Shown here: positions 16,158 to 25,764 of the stretch, one piece after another | Layout of the letters: each line of letters starts with the position of its first letter | How positions within the stretch are numbered: position 1 is the first letter of the stretch | From: Candidatus Caldatribacteriota bacterium | Lineage (GTDB): Bacteria; Atribacterota; Phoenicimicrobiia; Phoenicimicrobiales; Phoenicimicrobiaceae | Direction of reading: 5' to 3' | Assembly: GCA_034660595.1 (NCBI GenBank) | Contig: JAYEJO010000011.1 | Coordinates: 3,071-53,541, forward strand | DNA: 50,471 nucleotides | The notes under the pieces: generated by a model | Database searches by the model: none | What the model saw: only the letters and a program-made list of their open reading frames with translations | What the model was told of the DNA's origin: nothing | Translations under genes and position numbers: made by a program

Positions 16158-17735
16158 ATGAACCAGTTATTAACAATTAAAGAAGCAACTAAATGGGCTG
16201 CAATGTTTTTACAAAGGCAGGTAAGTACATCAAATATTTCTTATTTGATTCAATATGGAAGAATAAGAAAATTTGGCGAAAATGGCGAAGTGCTAATTAA
16301 TATTGCTGATTTAGAAAATTATTATAAATCCCATTATCATGCCAAAGAAGATAAATGGAAAAAGCGTTTAGGCAATGATTTAAACTGGGCACTCTCTTTT
16401 TCAGAATATATGGAATCAGAAACAACGAAACATGTTCATAGATTACATCCATATAAGGGAAAGTTTATTCCTCAGCTTGTAGAATATTTCTTAGATTCTC
16501 ATATAGATAATTTTAAAAAAGAAACTTACTTTAAAAAAGGAGATATCATCCTTGATCCGTTTTGCGGAAGTGGAACAACTTTAGTGCAATGTAATGAATT
16601 GGGGATGCATGCAATCGGAATAGATATTTCCGCATTTAATTCGCTAATAAGTAATATAAAAGTTGAAAATCATGATCTTCAGGATGTTGCTATAAACTTG
16701 CAAAATATCACAAAAGAACTTAAAAAATTTCAAATAGGAAAGAACAATACAAAATTTGAAGAGGAATTATTACATGAATTAAAATTATTTAATGATAAAT
16801 TTTTTCCCGCACCAGAATATAGAAGAAAAATCAGACAAAATGAAATAAATGAAAGAGAATATTCAAAAATAAAAGAAAAGGAATTTCTAAAAATTTATGA
16901 TAATCTAATTGAAAAACATCAAATTCCTCTTAAACAGAAAAAATCTTCAACTTTTCTTGAAAAATGGTATTTGCAAGTGGTAAGGGATGAAATTGATTTT
17001 GTATTTGAGCAAATTAAAAAAGTTAAGAATCCACAAACTAAAAAAGTATTAGCAATTATTTTAAGCAGGACTATTCGCTCTTGTAGAGCGACAACACATT
17101 CAGATTTAGGCTCTTTAAGAGAACCAATAATAACTACATATTATTGTAAAAAGCACGGGAAAATATGTAAACCTCTATTTTCTATATTCAATTGGTTGGA
17201 TAGATACGGGAAAGATACAATAAATAGACTGAACCAATTTGATAGGTTAAGAACAAATACTTACCAGAAATGTCTTACAGGCGACAGCAGAACTATAGAT
17301 ATTTTTTTAGAATTAAAAAAGAAAAATAGAGCTTTTGGGGAATTAGCGGAAAAGAAAAAGATAAAAGGTGTTTTTTCTAGTCCTCCTTATGTTGGTTTAA
17401 TAGATTACCATGAACAACATGCTTATGCATATGACCTTTTTGGATTCAATAGGAAAGATGAGCTTGAAATAGGCCGTTTATATGATGGGCAAGGGCAAGA
17501 AGCAAGAGAATCTTATATTAAAGGCATCTCTGAAGTGTTGAACAATTGTAAGAAATATATGCAATGTGACTACGATATTTTCTTAGTAGCTAATGACAAA
17601 TACGGTCTTTATCCTAAAATTGCTGAATTGGCGGGAATGAAAATTGTAAACCAGTATAAAAGACCTGTATTAAATAGAGTTGAAAAAGATAGATCTGCAT
17701 ATGCAGAAATTATTTTTCATTTAAAGGAGAGATAA
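16158..17735 (+). CDS. DNA methyltransferase (amino-MTase, N4-C or N6-A), motif I before motif IV
   Basis: AdoMet motif DPFCGSGTT (about aa 133) and catalytic SPPY (FSSPPYVGL, about aa 407), separated by a ~270-aa putative target-recognition insert. HTH-like N-terminus. Confidence 0.8.
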   Translation: MNQLLTIKEATKWAAMFLQRQVSTSNISYLIQYGRIRKFGENGEVLINIADLENYYKSHYHAKEDKWKKRLGNDLNWALSFSEYMESETTKHVHRLHPYKGKFIPQLVEYFLDSHIDNFKKETYFKKGDIILDPFCGSGTTLVQCNELGMHAIGIDISAFNSLISNIKVENHDLQDVAINLQNITKELKKFQIGKNNTKFEEELLHELKLFNDKFFPAPEYRRKIRQNEINEREYSKIKEKEFLKIYDNLIEKHQIPLKQKKSSTFLEKWYLQVVRDEIDFVFEQIKKVKNPQTKKVLAIILSRTIRSCRATTHSDLGSLREPIITTYYCKKHGKICKPLFSIFNWLDRYGKDTINRLNQFDRLRTNTYQKCLTGDSRTIDIFLELKKKNRAFGELAEKKKIKGVFSSPPYVGLIDYHEQHAYAYDLFGFNRKDELEIGRLYDGQGQEARESYIKGISEVLNNCKKYMQCDYDIFLVANDKYGLYPKIAELAGMKIVNQYKRPVLNRVEKDRSAYAEIIFHLKER

Positions 17736-17736
17736 A

Positions 17737-18513
17737 ATGTCGCTTACAAAAGAACAGATAAAATTAATCGAGAATACGATCAAAGATAGCCTGAGGAAAA
17801 AGTTTCAGAAATATAATCCAGAAACCAGTCATATGCCCTTTCATTATCGTTTGCTCGGTCGTGATAGAATGGTATTATTTTCCTTTATCCACTCATTAAA
17901 TACTACCTTTGGTATATCTATTTTTGAACCTGTTGCAGAAACCTTGGCAAGTTTAAACTTTGAATTTGCACAAAAACAGTACGTAGTTGGTGATACTATT
18001 AGTGAACAAGCTCAATCTGAAATTCAACGTATTATGAATGAACTTACAATTGGAAAAAATCCAAATAAAGTGGAAGAAATCGAAAGAATAAGAAAAGTTT
18101 GCAATAAAGGCACAATGAACAAATTAAAAACCGTAAAAGTGGATTTGTTTGTTCAAAGCCCAGATGGAACAGCTCATTTATTTGATTTAAAAACAGCTAA
18201 ACCAAATATCAGTAATTTTAAAGATTTCAAAAGGACATTGTTAGAATGGATAGCAATTTTCTTAGCGAAAAATCCAAACGCAAAAGTAAAATCATATATC
18301 GCGATTCCTTACAATCCATACGAACCAAAACCTTATGAAAGATGGACATTAAAAGGTATGTTAGATTTGGATAATGAGTTAAAAGTCGCAGCAGAATTGT
18401 GGGACTTTCTTGGGAATAATGGTGCATATGAAGAATTATTAAATTGTTTTGAAAGAGCAGGCATAGAATTAAGGCCAGAAATTGATGCGTATTTTTCAAA
18501 ATTCAAGCAGTAA
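17737..18513 (+). CDS. putative type II restriction endonuclease, PD-(D/E)xK fold
   Basis: Starts 1 nt after the MTase stop. Candidate catalytic core VKVDLF...HLFDLKTAKP (D...D-x-K). Possibly a TdeIII-like family member, but that is unverified recall. Confidence 0.6.
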   Translation: MSLTKEQIKLIENTIKDSLRKKFQKYNPETSHMPFHYRLLGRDRMVLFSFIHSLNTTFGISIFEPVAETLASLNFEFAQKQYVVGDTISEQAQSEIQRIMNELTIGKNPNKVEEIERIRKVCNKGTMNKLKTVKVDLFVQSPDGTAHLFDLKTAKPNISNFKDFKRTLLEWIAIFLAKNPNAKVKSYIAIPYNPYEPKPYERWTLKGMLDLDNELKVAAELWDFLGNNGAYEELLNCFERAGIELRPEIDAYFSKFKQ

Positions 18514-18546
18514 ATTTATAAAAAGTGGATGACCACAATAGTATAG

Positions 18547-18578
18547 GAACAGAGGACGAATTCTCTGTTCTTATTTCT
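18547..18578 (+). terminator. terminator after the restriction endonuclease gene
   Basis: GAACAGAG / CTCTGTTC 8-bp stem with an 8-nt loop, followed by the T-rich TTATTTCT. Confidence 0.55.
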
Positions 18579-18703
18579 CTCCTTTAAAACCTTATTTACA
18601 AGGCTTTCAAACCCCCTTCAGGAATGCCCTTTTAACGCACGTAGAGTGCCTTTAAATGTGTCCCAATTTTCGAAAAATTGGCAATTTACTACCCTGTTTT
18701 GGG

Positions 18704-18720
18704 CTTTTTAGCAAGGAATT
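18704..18720 (+). repeat. right copy of the 17-bp direct repeat
   Basis: CTTTTTAGCAAGGAATT, about 57 nt upstream of polX. Confidence 0.75.
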
Positions 18721-18776
18721 GAGTGAGGTTTTGGCTGAATTGGAGTTTTATTATATAATAATGGGGGGCGAGGTAG

Positions 18777-20510
18777 ATGAAAAATTTAGAACTATCCCGA
18801 ATCTTTGACCAGATTAGCAAGATGTTAAAAATCAAAGGAGAAAATCCCTTTAAGATTCGAGCTTATGAAAAGATAGCTTTAGTTTTAGAGAATTTACCTA
18901 TTGATATAGAAACAATTTACCAACAGGAAGGATTAAATAATATCCCGGGCGTTGGTGAGGGTATTGCTAAAAAAATTGAGGAATTTCTGACAACTGGCAA
19001 ACTTGAGTATTATGAAAAATTAAAAGAGACAATACCTGACGGAGTGGTAAAACTTATAGATATCCCTGAAGTAGGGCCTAAGACAGCTAAGCTTCTATAT
19101 GAAGAATTAAGTGTAGATAATATAGAGAAATTAGAAAAAGCAGTGAAAGAACATCAGATTAAAGATTTGCCAGGAATGGGCGAGAAATCGGAAACTAATA
19201 TTTTAAGAGGAATAGAATTATATAAAAGGCGAAAAGAAAGAGTTCTTTTAGGTACTGCTTTGCCTTTAGCGGAAGAGATTGTGGAGAGTTTAAGTCGGCT
19301 AGATGAGACGGATAAAATAAGCTTTGCCGGCAGCTTAAGACGGAAAAAGGAAACTATCGGGGATATTGATATACTGGTGACCTCCCAGAAGTCTGAGAAG
19401 ATAATGAAGACTTTTGTTTCTTTACCCCAAGTTAGAGAAGTTTTAGCAGAAGGACCGACCAAATCCAGTGTTATTACCAAGGATGATATTCATGTAGATG
19501 CAAGAGTGGTAGAGCCAATAAGTTTTGGGGCAGCTCTACAATATTTTACCGGCTCCAAAGCCCACAATATCAAATTAAGAGAATTGGCGGTGAAGAGAGG
19601 TCTAAAAATAAATGAATACGGAGTATTTGATGTTAAAACTGATAGGAGAATAGCAGGAGAGAGTGAACAGGAAATTTATCAGATTTTAGATTTACCTTTT
19701 ATTCCTCCAGAGCTAAGAGAAGACAGGGGAGAGATTAAGGCGGCGCAAGAGGGCAGATTACCTCGACTGGTAGAATATCCTCAAATAAAAGGTGATTTAC
19801 ACTTACATACTAAGTGGAGTGATGGGGCACATACGATTAGACAGATGGCAGAAGCAGCCAAGAAGAGGGGTTATAAATATATTGCCATTACTGACCATTC
19901 ACAATCACTTAAATTTGCCGGGGGGTTAATCGAAGAGAGACTTAGAGAACAAATAGAAGAAATTCGAAAACTGAACCAGGAGTTGGATGATTTTACTGTT
20001 TTTACCGGAATTGAAGTAGATATAAAATCAGATGGTAGTTTGGATTTTTCTGATGAAATATTGAGCAAATTAGATGTGGTGATAGCTGCTATTCATTCTG
20101 GTTTCAAACAGGAGAGTAAAATTATTACAGAAAGACTTGTTGGGGCTATGCAAAATAAATTTGTGCATATTATTGCTCATCCTACTGGACGTTTAATTGG
20201 CTATCGTGAAGCATACCAGATAGATATTGACAAGATAATTCGAGTTGCTGCAGATACTGGGACTATTTTAGAAATAAATGCTCATCCAGAAAGGCTTGAC
20301 CTAAATGATGTCTATTGTCGGATGGCTAAAGACAAGGGAGCGCAATTAGCCATTGAGACTGATGCCCATAGTGTTGATGGATTAGAATTTATGAATTTAG
20401 GAGTAGATGTAGCTCGCCGAGGATGGCTGGAAGAAAAAGATATCGTAAATACCCTGCCTCTGGATAAGTTACTTAAGAGACTGAAAAATAAAAAGTCTAT
20501 TATAAGATAA
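18777..20510 (+). CDS. polX: family X DNA polymerase with C-terminal PHP domain
   Basis: HhH repeats, nucleotidyltransferase motif GSLRRKKETIGDIDILV and PHP motif GDLHLHTKWSDG...ITDHS. Confidence 0.9.
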   Translation: MKNLELSRIFDQISKMLKIKGENPFKIRAYEKIALVLENLPIDIETIYQQEGLNNIPGVGEGIAKKIEEFLTTGKLEYYEKLKETIPDGVVKLIDIPEVGPKTAKLLYEELSVDNIEKLEKAVKEHQIKDLPGMGEKSETNILRGIELYKRRKERVLLGTALPLAEEIVESLSRLDETDKISFAGSLRRKKETIGDIDILVTSQKSEKIMKTFVSLPQVREVLAEGPTKSSVITKDDIHVDARVVEPISFGAALQYFTGSKAHNIKLRELAVKRGLKINEYGVFDVKTDRRIAGESEQEIYQILDLPFIPPELREDRGEIKAAQEGRLPRLVEYPQIKGDLHLHTKWSDGAHTIRQMAEAAKKRGYKYIAITDHSQSLKFAGGLIEERLREQIEEIRKLNQELDDFTVFTGIEVDIKSDGSLDFSDEILSKLDVVIAAIHSGFKQESKIITERLVGAMQNKFVHIIAHPTGRLIGYREAYQIDIDKIIRVAADTGTILEINAHPERLDLNDVYCRMAKDKGAQLAIETDAHSVDGLEFMNLGVDVARRGWLEEKDIVNTLPLDKLLKRLKNKKSIIR

Positions 20511-20548
20511 TATCCTTGATATAAGGTTAGAAAAACTAAAGATAGTAT

Positions 20549-21958
20549 TTATTTGTTATTCTCTGAAAGGATTTTTCTTCTTTCATTGTAAAGAGAAATT
20601 TTAGAGATTCCTATTAAAATAAATAAACTTATTGTTAGACCAATAAAGACGGGATTTAATCCTTCAGGGTATATTATTTTCCAAATTATAATTGATAGCG
20701 GGGCTATGGTAATAGCCCAAAAACCAGCTGAGGGGGAAACGTAATCCTTAAAGAAAATTGAAGCTAAAAATGGGAAAAAAATTGTAGTCCCTCTTAATCC
20801 CATTGAAAGGAAATTCCATTTTATAATAAGAGAATATAAATTTTGTTTCACAAACAAAAGGGCGATAAATAAGATAATTATTATCGTTAATCTTGATAGT
20901 ATTAGTGCGCTTTTTTCATTAAAGCGGAAAATTTTCGGGTAGATATCTCGAGTAAACATAGTGCTTATTCCCAATACTAAACTTGCTCCGGTAACAGTTG
21001 CGGCAATTAATAAAATTGCTAAAGACATACCGCTTAAAAGAGGATTGAAATGTTTAATAATAAAAAGAGGAAGCGCTTGGGCTGAATTAATATCAGGATA
21101 GTTAGCTCTCATGTAAAAACCTATTAAGATTCCGGCAATCCCAGTGGGAGGAATTAAAAAAGCGCTTAATAAAACTCCTTTACGAGAGACTGAAATATTT
21201 TTTCCTGATAGGACAGCCTGGATGCAAGTTTGAGTGGAAATTACTCCTACGAGGGTTGAAAATAAAGCAGATGAATCAACTATAAACCCTCGACCAAAAA
21301 GACTAAACCAAGGATAGTGAGGAAAAATTTCTTTTAAATTGCCGATGCTCCCAAATGATTTATAGCAAAATATACTTGCTATAGTTAAAAAAATATAAAT
21401 TAAAATTATTTTTATCATTCCCACTAAACTACTCCCCCAAATTCCTCCGAAGCTAATATAAGTTGCCATTAATATAATTCCGATAAAAGCTATTAATAAT
21501 GGATTTAAGGGGAACATGCTACTGATAAGAGCTACTAAGGATAAGAGCTGGGCAACTACAGAAATAAACATTCCAGCGGAAGAAAAAATACAAGAAGGAA
21601 TAATGCTTTTTTGGCCATAACTTTGAGATAAAAATTGAGGAATGGTTTGGACTCTGCTTTCTTTTAAAGGTTTAATTAATAAAAATAATAACAAACAGGC
21701 AATCCCTTCACCTAAAGTAAACCACCAAGCTGACATGCCACATTGAAAAGCCAATTGAGTAGTACCAATAGTAGAAGCTCCACCTACTAAAACACCTGTA
21801 ATTGTACCGGTTACCATCCAGGAATTTGCCCTCTTATTGCTTGTAATAAAATCATTTGCTGATTTGACTTTTTTTCCTGAAAATACACTTACTACGGTTA
21901 TTAAAAGGATAATTGAAAGAAAGCCAATTATATGAAGAGGTTTTAAAAAAAACATCAT
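20549..21958 (-). CDS. sodium:solute symporter-family transporter
   Basis: About 13 TM helices and an SSF-like GGASTIGTTQLAF segment. The start was trimmed to the MM pair at 21958, because the ORF-track extension to 22084 runs into a tandem repeat. Confidence 0.65.
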   Translation of the reverse strand: MMFFLKPLHIIGFLSIILLITVVSVFSGKKVKSANDFITSNKRANSWMVTGTITGVLVGGASTIGTTQLAFQCGMSAWWFTLGEGIACLLLFLLIKPLKESRVQTIPQFLSQSYGQKSIIPSCIFSSAGMFISVVAQLLSLVALISSMFPLNPLLIAFIGIILMATYISFGGIWGSSLVGMIKIILIYIFLTIASIFCYKSFGSIGNLKEIFPHYPWFSLFGRGFIVDSSALFSTLVGVISTQTCIQAVLSGKNISVSRKGVLLSAFLIPPTGIAGILIGFYMRANYPDINSAQALPLFIIKHFNPLLSGMSLAILLIAATVTGASLVLGISTMFTRDIYPKIFRFNEKSALILSRLTIIIILFIALLFVKQNLYSLIIKWNFLSMGLRGTTIFFPFLASIFFKDYVSPSAGFWAITIAPLSIIIWKIIYPEGLNPVFIGLTISLFILIGISKISLYNERRKILSENNK

Positions 21959-22049
21959 AATTTTATTTATCCTATTTAATCTAAGTTTAAACCAATTAAC
22001 ATTTATAATAAATATTTGATAGCTTTTTGTCAAACTAATTATGTGAGAC

Positions 22050-22080
22050 AGTATCGAGTATATAGTATCGAGTATATAGT
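22050..22080 (-). repeat. GATAC-type tandem repeat (14-bp unit x 2.2, perfect)
   Basis: AGTATCGAGTATAT AGTATCGAGTATAT AGT. Confidence 0.8.
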
Positions 22081-22341
22081 CCAAGATAAGATAAGATTCG
22101 GATAGAAGATGTGGGAGAAATCAGTATCAATATAGCGTATTGCGTAAAGAGAAAGATATAAGGCAAAATTTGGGAGTCAAATAAGCGTTTGTAAAAGATT
22201 TAAAATTTGTTATAATAATGTCAATAAATTACTTACTTTTTCTCTAGCGAGAAAGAGGATTTAGCGAAAAAAGATTGTATGCTCCTTTTAAACTTTTAGC
22301 TTTAACTTCTATTCAGTTAGACAAAAAGATGGGGGAAAATT

Positions 22342-23685
22342 ATGCAAAATAATTCAGTAAATAAAGAACCCAATGATGTAAATATTTTTCAAATGGAAAA
22401 AGTAATTAAATGGATCTTAGATTCTTACGTAAGATTAACGGGGTTTCAAATACATTTTTTGAATGACAAAGGAGAGAGAATATTTTCACCTTCCAGTTCT
22501 ATTAGAAAGGGGAGTGCCCTTTGTAAATTAATTCAGAGTAATTCAGAGGGAAGAAAAGAGTGTCAAAAATCATTCTATGATAATAGTTTAAGAAGTGCTG
22601 ATTATGGGAATTCTTATATTTTTCGATGCCGTTTCGGTATTATAACCTGGATTACTCCGGTGGTAATAAATGGGGAACTTTTAGGTTCTTTTATTTCTGA
22701 GGGAATTTTAATGCGAAAACCAGCTCCTTATTTTATAAAAGAAGTAATAGAAAAGACTAAGAATTTAGGAATAGAAGAATTTGAATTAATAGAAGCCCTT
22801 AAGAAGATAAAGATTGTTTCTGAAAAAAAAGTTAAATCTGCTGCAGATATACTTTATATTGCAGCTAATTATCTATCTAATACGGAGTTGTTAGATACTA
22901 AAATGCGCCAAGAGAAATATATTCAACAAGCAAGGATATCTGAAGAAATTCAGATGATGAAAAGAAAAGAGTTAGAATTACTTGAAAAAGAAGAGGAAGA
23001 TGAGGATTCTTTTATTTATATCAGTTCGATTTACCCTTTAGCAACAGAGAGAGAGTTACTAAGAAGAGTTAGATTGGGGGATGAAGAAGGAGCCAGAGAA
23101 GTTTTAAATGAAATTTTAGGTAAGATATTATTTAAAAATGCTGGTCGAATAGAAATAGTCCGAGCTCGAATCCTGGAATTAGCCGTAGTTCTTTCCCGAG
23201 CTGCTGTAGAAGGCAATGCAGAATTAGAAATGATTTTGGGATTGAACTTTAAATATATTCAAAAATTGGGTAATCTTAAATCCATTGAAGAATTATGTGT
23301 TTGGATTGTAGAAATTTTGGATAGATTTACCGAATGTGTTTATGAGAATAAAAATATTAAAAATGTTAATATTATAAAGAAGGCGAAAGAATTTATTCGA
23401 GCAAATTATAAAAAGAAAATAAGATTGGAAGATATATGTAAAGTAGTTTGTCTAAGCCCCTATTATCTAAGTCATATTTTTAAAAAGGAAGCCGGGTTTA
23501 CTCTATTTCAATATTTAACTAATGTCCGGGTTGAAGAAGCTAAAAGATTATTGGAAACTACTCAATGGAATACAACTCGAATTTCTTTTGAAGTAGGTTG
23601 TACAGATCAAAGTTATTTTTGTAAAGTTTTTAAGAAAATCGAGGGAATATCACCATATAAGTATAGAAAAACAATGAGAAAATAA
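22342..23685 (+). CDS. PocR sensor domain / AraC-family transcriptional regulator
   Basis: N-terminal PocR-like region with cysteines (CKLIQSNSEGRKECQKS...FRCRFG). C-terminal double HTH (SPYYLSHIFKKEAGFTLFQYL...EVGCTDQSYFCKVFKK). Confidence 0.8.
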   Translation: MQNNSVNKEPNDVNIFQMEKVIKWILDSYVRLTGFQIHFLNDKGERIFSPSSSIRKGSALCKLIQSNSEGRKECQKSFYDNSLRSADYGNSYIFRCRFGIITWITPVVINGELLGSFISEGILMRKPAPYFIKEVIEKTKNLGIEEFELIEALKKIKIVSEKKVKSAADILYIAANYLSNTELLDTKMRQEKYIQQARISEEIQMMKRKELELLEKEEEDEDSFIYISSIYPLATERELLRRVRLGDEEGAREVLNEILGKILFKNAGRIEIVRARILELAVVLSRAAVEGNAELEMILGLNFKYIQKLGNLKSIEELCVWIVEILDRFTECVYENKNIKNVNIIKKAKEFIRANYKKKIRLEDICKVVCLSPYYLSHIFKKEAGFTLFQYLTNVRVEEAKRLLETTQWNTTRISFEVGCTDQSYFCKVFKKIEGISPYKYRKTMRK

Positions 23686-24154
23686 GCAAAATAGCTTGCT
23701 TCCAAAATTATAAATAACCCCTCAATTTTCATCATTAAGATGTCCATCGTCTAAATCCATTTTTTTAATGTAGGCAAATTAAATTGATGATAATATTAAT
23801 TTAGCAAGAAATTACCAGAAATAGCAATATACTACAATATCTTAGTAAATAATATTTGTATAATTTAAATGTTAAATTACGTAAATTTCCAGTAATGTCT
23901 ATATCCTTTCTCTTCCACATATAAATAGATTATAAAGATTAATATTCCAGTGAAAGAAATTTTTTAGGAATATTTATAGATTTTTATTAAGAAATATAAT
24001 AATAAAAACATGTTTATTACAGTTATATTTCGAATTTATATCTCGCAAAGAATTTTCGCAATATATTACCCAAAGGGGCAATATATTGCTATAGTTTAGT
24101 TGTTATTATAATGTAATATAAATTAATAAAAGTTTTTTTAGGAGGTAAATATTA

Positions 24155-25591
24155 ATGATAGGTGGTTTACCAGGAGGTCAATACAAACCTCTTTCACCCG
24201 ATGGAATCAAAGATATTCATAACACATCACTTCGACTTTTGGAAAACGTTGGCATGGAAGTAAACTGTAAAGAAGCATTAGATATATTTAAAGAAAAAGG
24301 AGCAGAGGTTGATTTTGACAAACATATAGTAAAAATACCCCGTAAAATGGTAGAAGATGCTATTGACACAGCTCCTTCTAAGGTGATTCTTTACGGTAGA
24401 GAAGATAAACATAATCTTGTTTTAGAAGGTTCAAATGTATATTTTGGGACTGGTGGCACCGTTTTAAACGTACTTGATTGGGAAACTAATAAAAAGAGAC
24501 CTTCTGCTTTAAAGGATGTTGCGCAATTTGCTAAATTAGTTGATGCTTTGGATAATGCTCATTTTTATGTTTTACCCCTATATCCTACGGAATTATCTCA
24601 AGAAACAGTTGATGTAAATAGATTTTATGCCGGTATCTCCAATACCTCTAAACATATTATGGGTGGTATTTATGACAAAGTAGGTCTATTAGAGACTATT
24701 AAAATGGCAGAAGAAATTGCCGGGGGAGCAGAACAGCTAAGAAAACGTCCATTTGTATCTTTTATTACCTGTGTAATGAGCCCATTAAAATTAGAAAATA
24801 TTTATACCGAGTTTTTAATTGAGATTGCCCGCAAAGGACTGCCGGTAGCCTGTCCCAGCGAAGTTTTAACCGGTGCAACCGGACCGGTCACTCTGGCTGG
24901 CGATTTAGTTTTAATTAATGCAGAGACTTTGGCTTGTGTAACCTTGACTCAGTTAGTTAACCCCGGAACTCCGGTCATATATGCTTCAACCGCTTCTATT
25001 ATGGATATGCAAAAAGGTATTTACCTTGGAGCCGGAGCAGAGCCAGGTCTTATTAATGCTGGTGTAGCTCAATTGGCTCAAAATGTCAAACTTCCTTATT
25101 ATGCTACTGCTGGAATGTCTGATTCCAAGATTCCAGATGCTCAATCAGGATATGAATCAGCAATTAGTGCTTTGGCTGTAGCCCTGGCAGGAGCGAACTT
25201 TATCCATGATGCAGTTGGAAATTTAGAATTTTGCATGACTATCAGTTTTGAAAAAGCAGTAATTGATAATGATATTTTGGGGATGGTTATGCGAATGGTG
25301 CAAGGTATTAAAGTAGATAAAGAGACTTTAGCAGAAGATTTAATTGCTAAAATTGGTCCAGCCGGGAATTTCCTTGCCGAAATGCATACAGTACAAAATA
25401 TGCGTAAAGAATTATATTTCCCCACTCTTGCAGATCGTCAGCATAGAATTGAATGGGAAAGTTTAGGCAGCAAAGATACAAGAACCCGAGCACGCGAAAA
25501 GGTAAAAGAAATTCTTACTAATCATAAACCACTACCTATTGCTCCCAAAGTATACCAAAAATTAAAATCAAAGATAAAAGGATTAATGTAA
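24155..25591 (+). CDS. MttB-superfamily methyltransferase, non-pyrrolysine (quaternary amine:corrinoid, MtgB-like)
   Basis: 478 aa, uninterrupted with no in-frame TAG. Family-typical N-terminus (YKPLSPDGIKDIHNTSLRLLENVG) and C-terminus (GNFLAEMHT). AGGAGG ribosome-binding site. Confidence 0.85.
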   Translation: MIGGLPGGQYKPLSPDGIKDIHNTSLRLLENVGMEVNCKEALDIFKEKGAEVDFDKHIVKIPRKMVEDAIDTAPSKVILYGREDKHNLVLEGSNVYFGTGGTVLNVLDWETNKKRPSALKDVAQFAKLVDALDNAHFYVLPLYPTELSQETVDVNRFYAGISNTSKHIMGGIYDKVGLLETIKMAEEIAGGAEQLRKRPFVSFITCVMSPLKLENIYTEFLIEIARKGLPVACPSEVLTGATGPVTLAGDLVLINAETLACVTLTQLVNPGTPVIYASTASIMDMQKGIYLGAGAEPGLINAGVAQLAQNVKLPYYATAGMSDSKIPDAQSGYESAISALAVALAGANFIHDAVGNLEFCMTISFEKAVIDNDILGMVMRMVQGIKVDKETLAEDLIAKIGPAGNFLAEMHTVQNMRKELYFPTLADRQHRIEWESLGSKDTRTRAREKVKEILTNHKPLPIAPKVYQKLKSKIKGLM

Positions 25592-25650
25592 TTTATAATT
25601 ATATAACATAGATGAAATATTAGATAATATTACAATTTATTCAAAAAAGT

Positions 25651-25679
25651 TTGAAATATTGGGTATTGTATATTATAAT
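25651..25679 (+). promoter_or_regulatory. candidate promoter of the opu ABC operon
   Basis: TTGAAA (25651-25656), 17-nt spacer, TATAAT (25674-25679), about 85 nt upstream of the permease start. Confidence 0.45.
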
Positions 25680-25764
25680 AAATTAACAATATTTAAATTA
25701 GATAATTATTAAAGATTGATTGATAAACCATAAAAATAATAAATAGATAGAGGAAGAAATAACT

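Larger units (their letters stand above)
15086..18720 (+). mobile_element. putative inserted islet (lexA + MTase + REase) bounded by direct repeats; no integrase/transposase seen
   Basis: A perfect 17-bp direct repeat sits at both ends. The cargo is a type II R-M pair. The flanks are two divergently oriented DNA-repair genes (UDG, PolX). Confidence 0.35.

Noticed and set aside
3914-22080. CRISPR array
   Set aside because: The repeats are 5-14 bp units or isolated hairpins, with no regular 25-40 bp repeat/spacer periodicity. There are no cas genes in the window.
21959-22084. N-terminal 42 codons of the symporter ORF
   Set aside because: The extension runs into the 14-bp tandem repeat and has no ribosome-binding site. 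The first TM helix starts right after the Met-Met at 21958.
24155-25591. Pyrrolysine-dependent trimethylamine methyltransferase
   Set aside because: The ORF is continuous, as is the paralogue at 33385. This is therefore the non-Pyl branch of the MttB superfamily, which uses quaternary amines rather than TMA.
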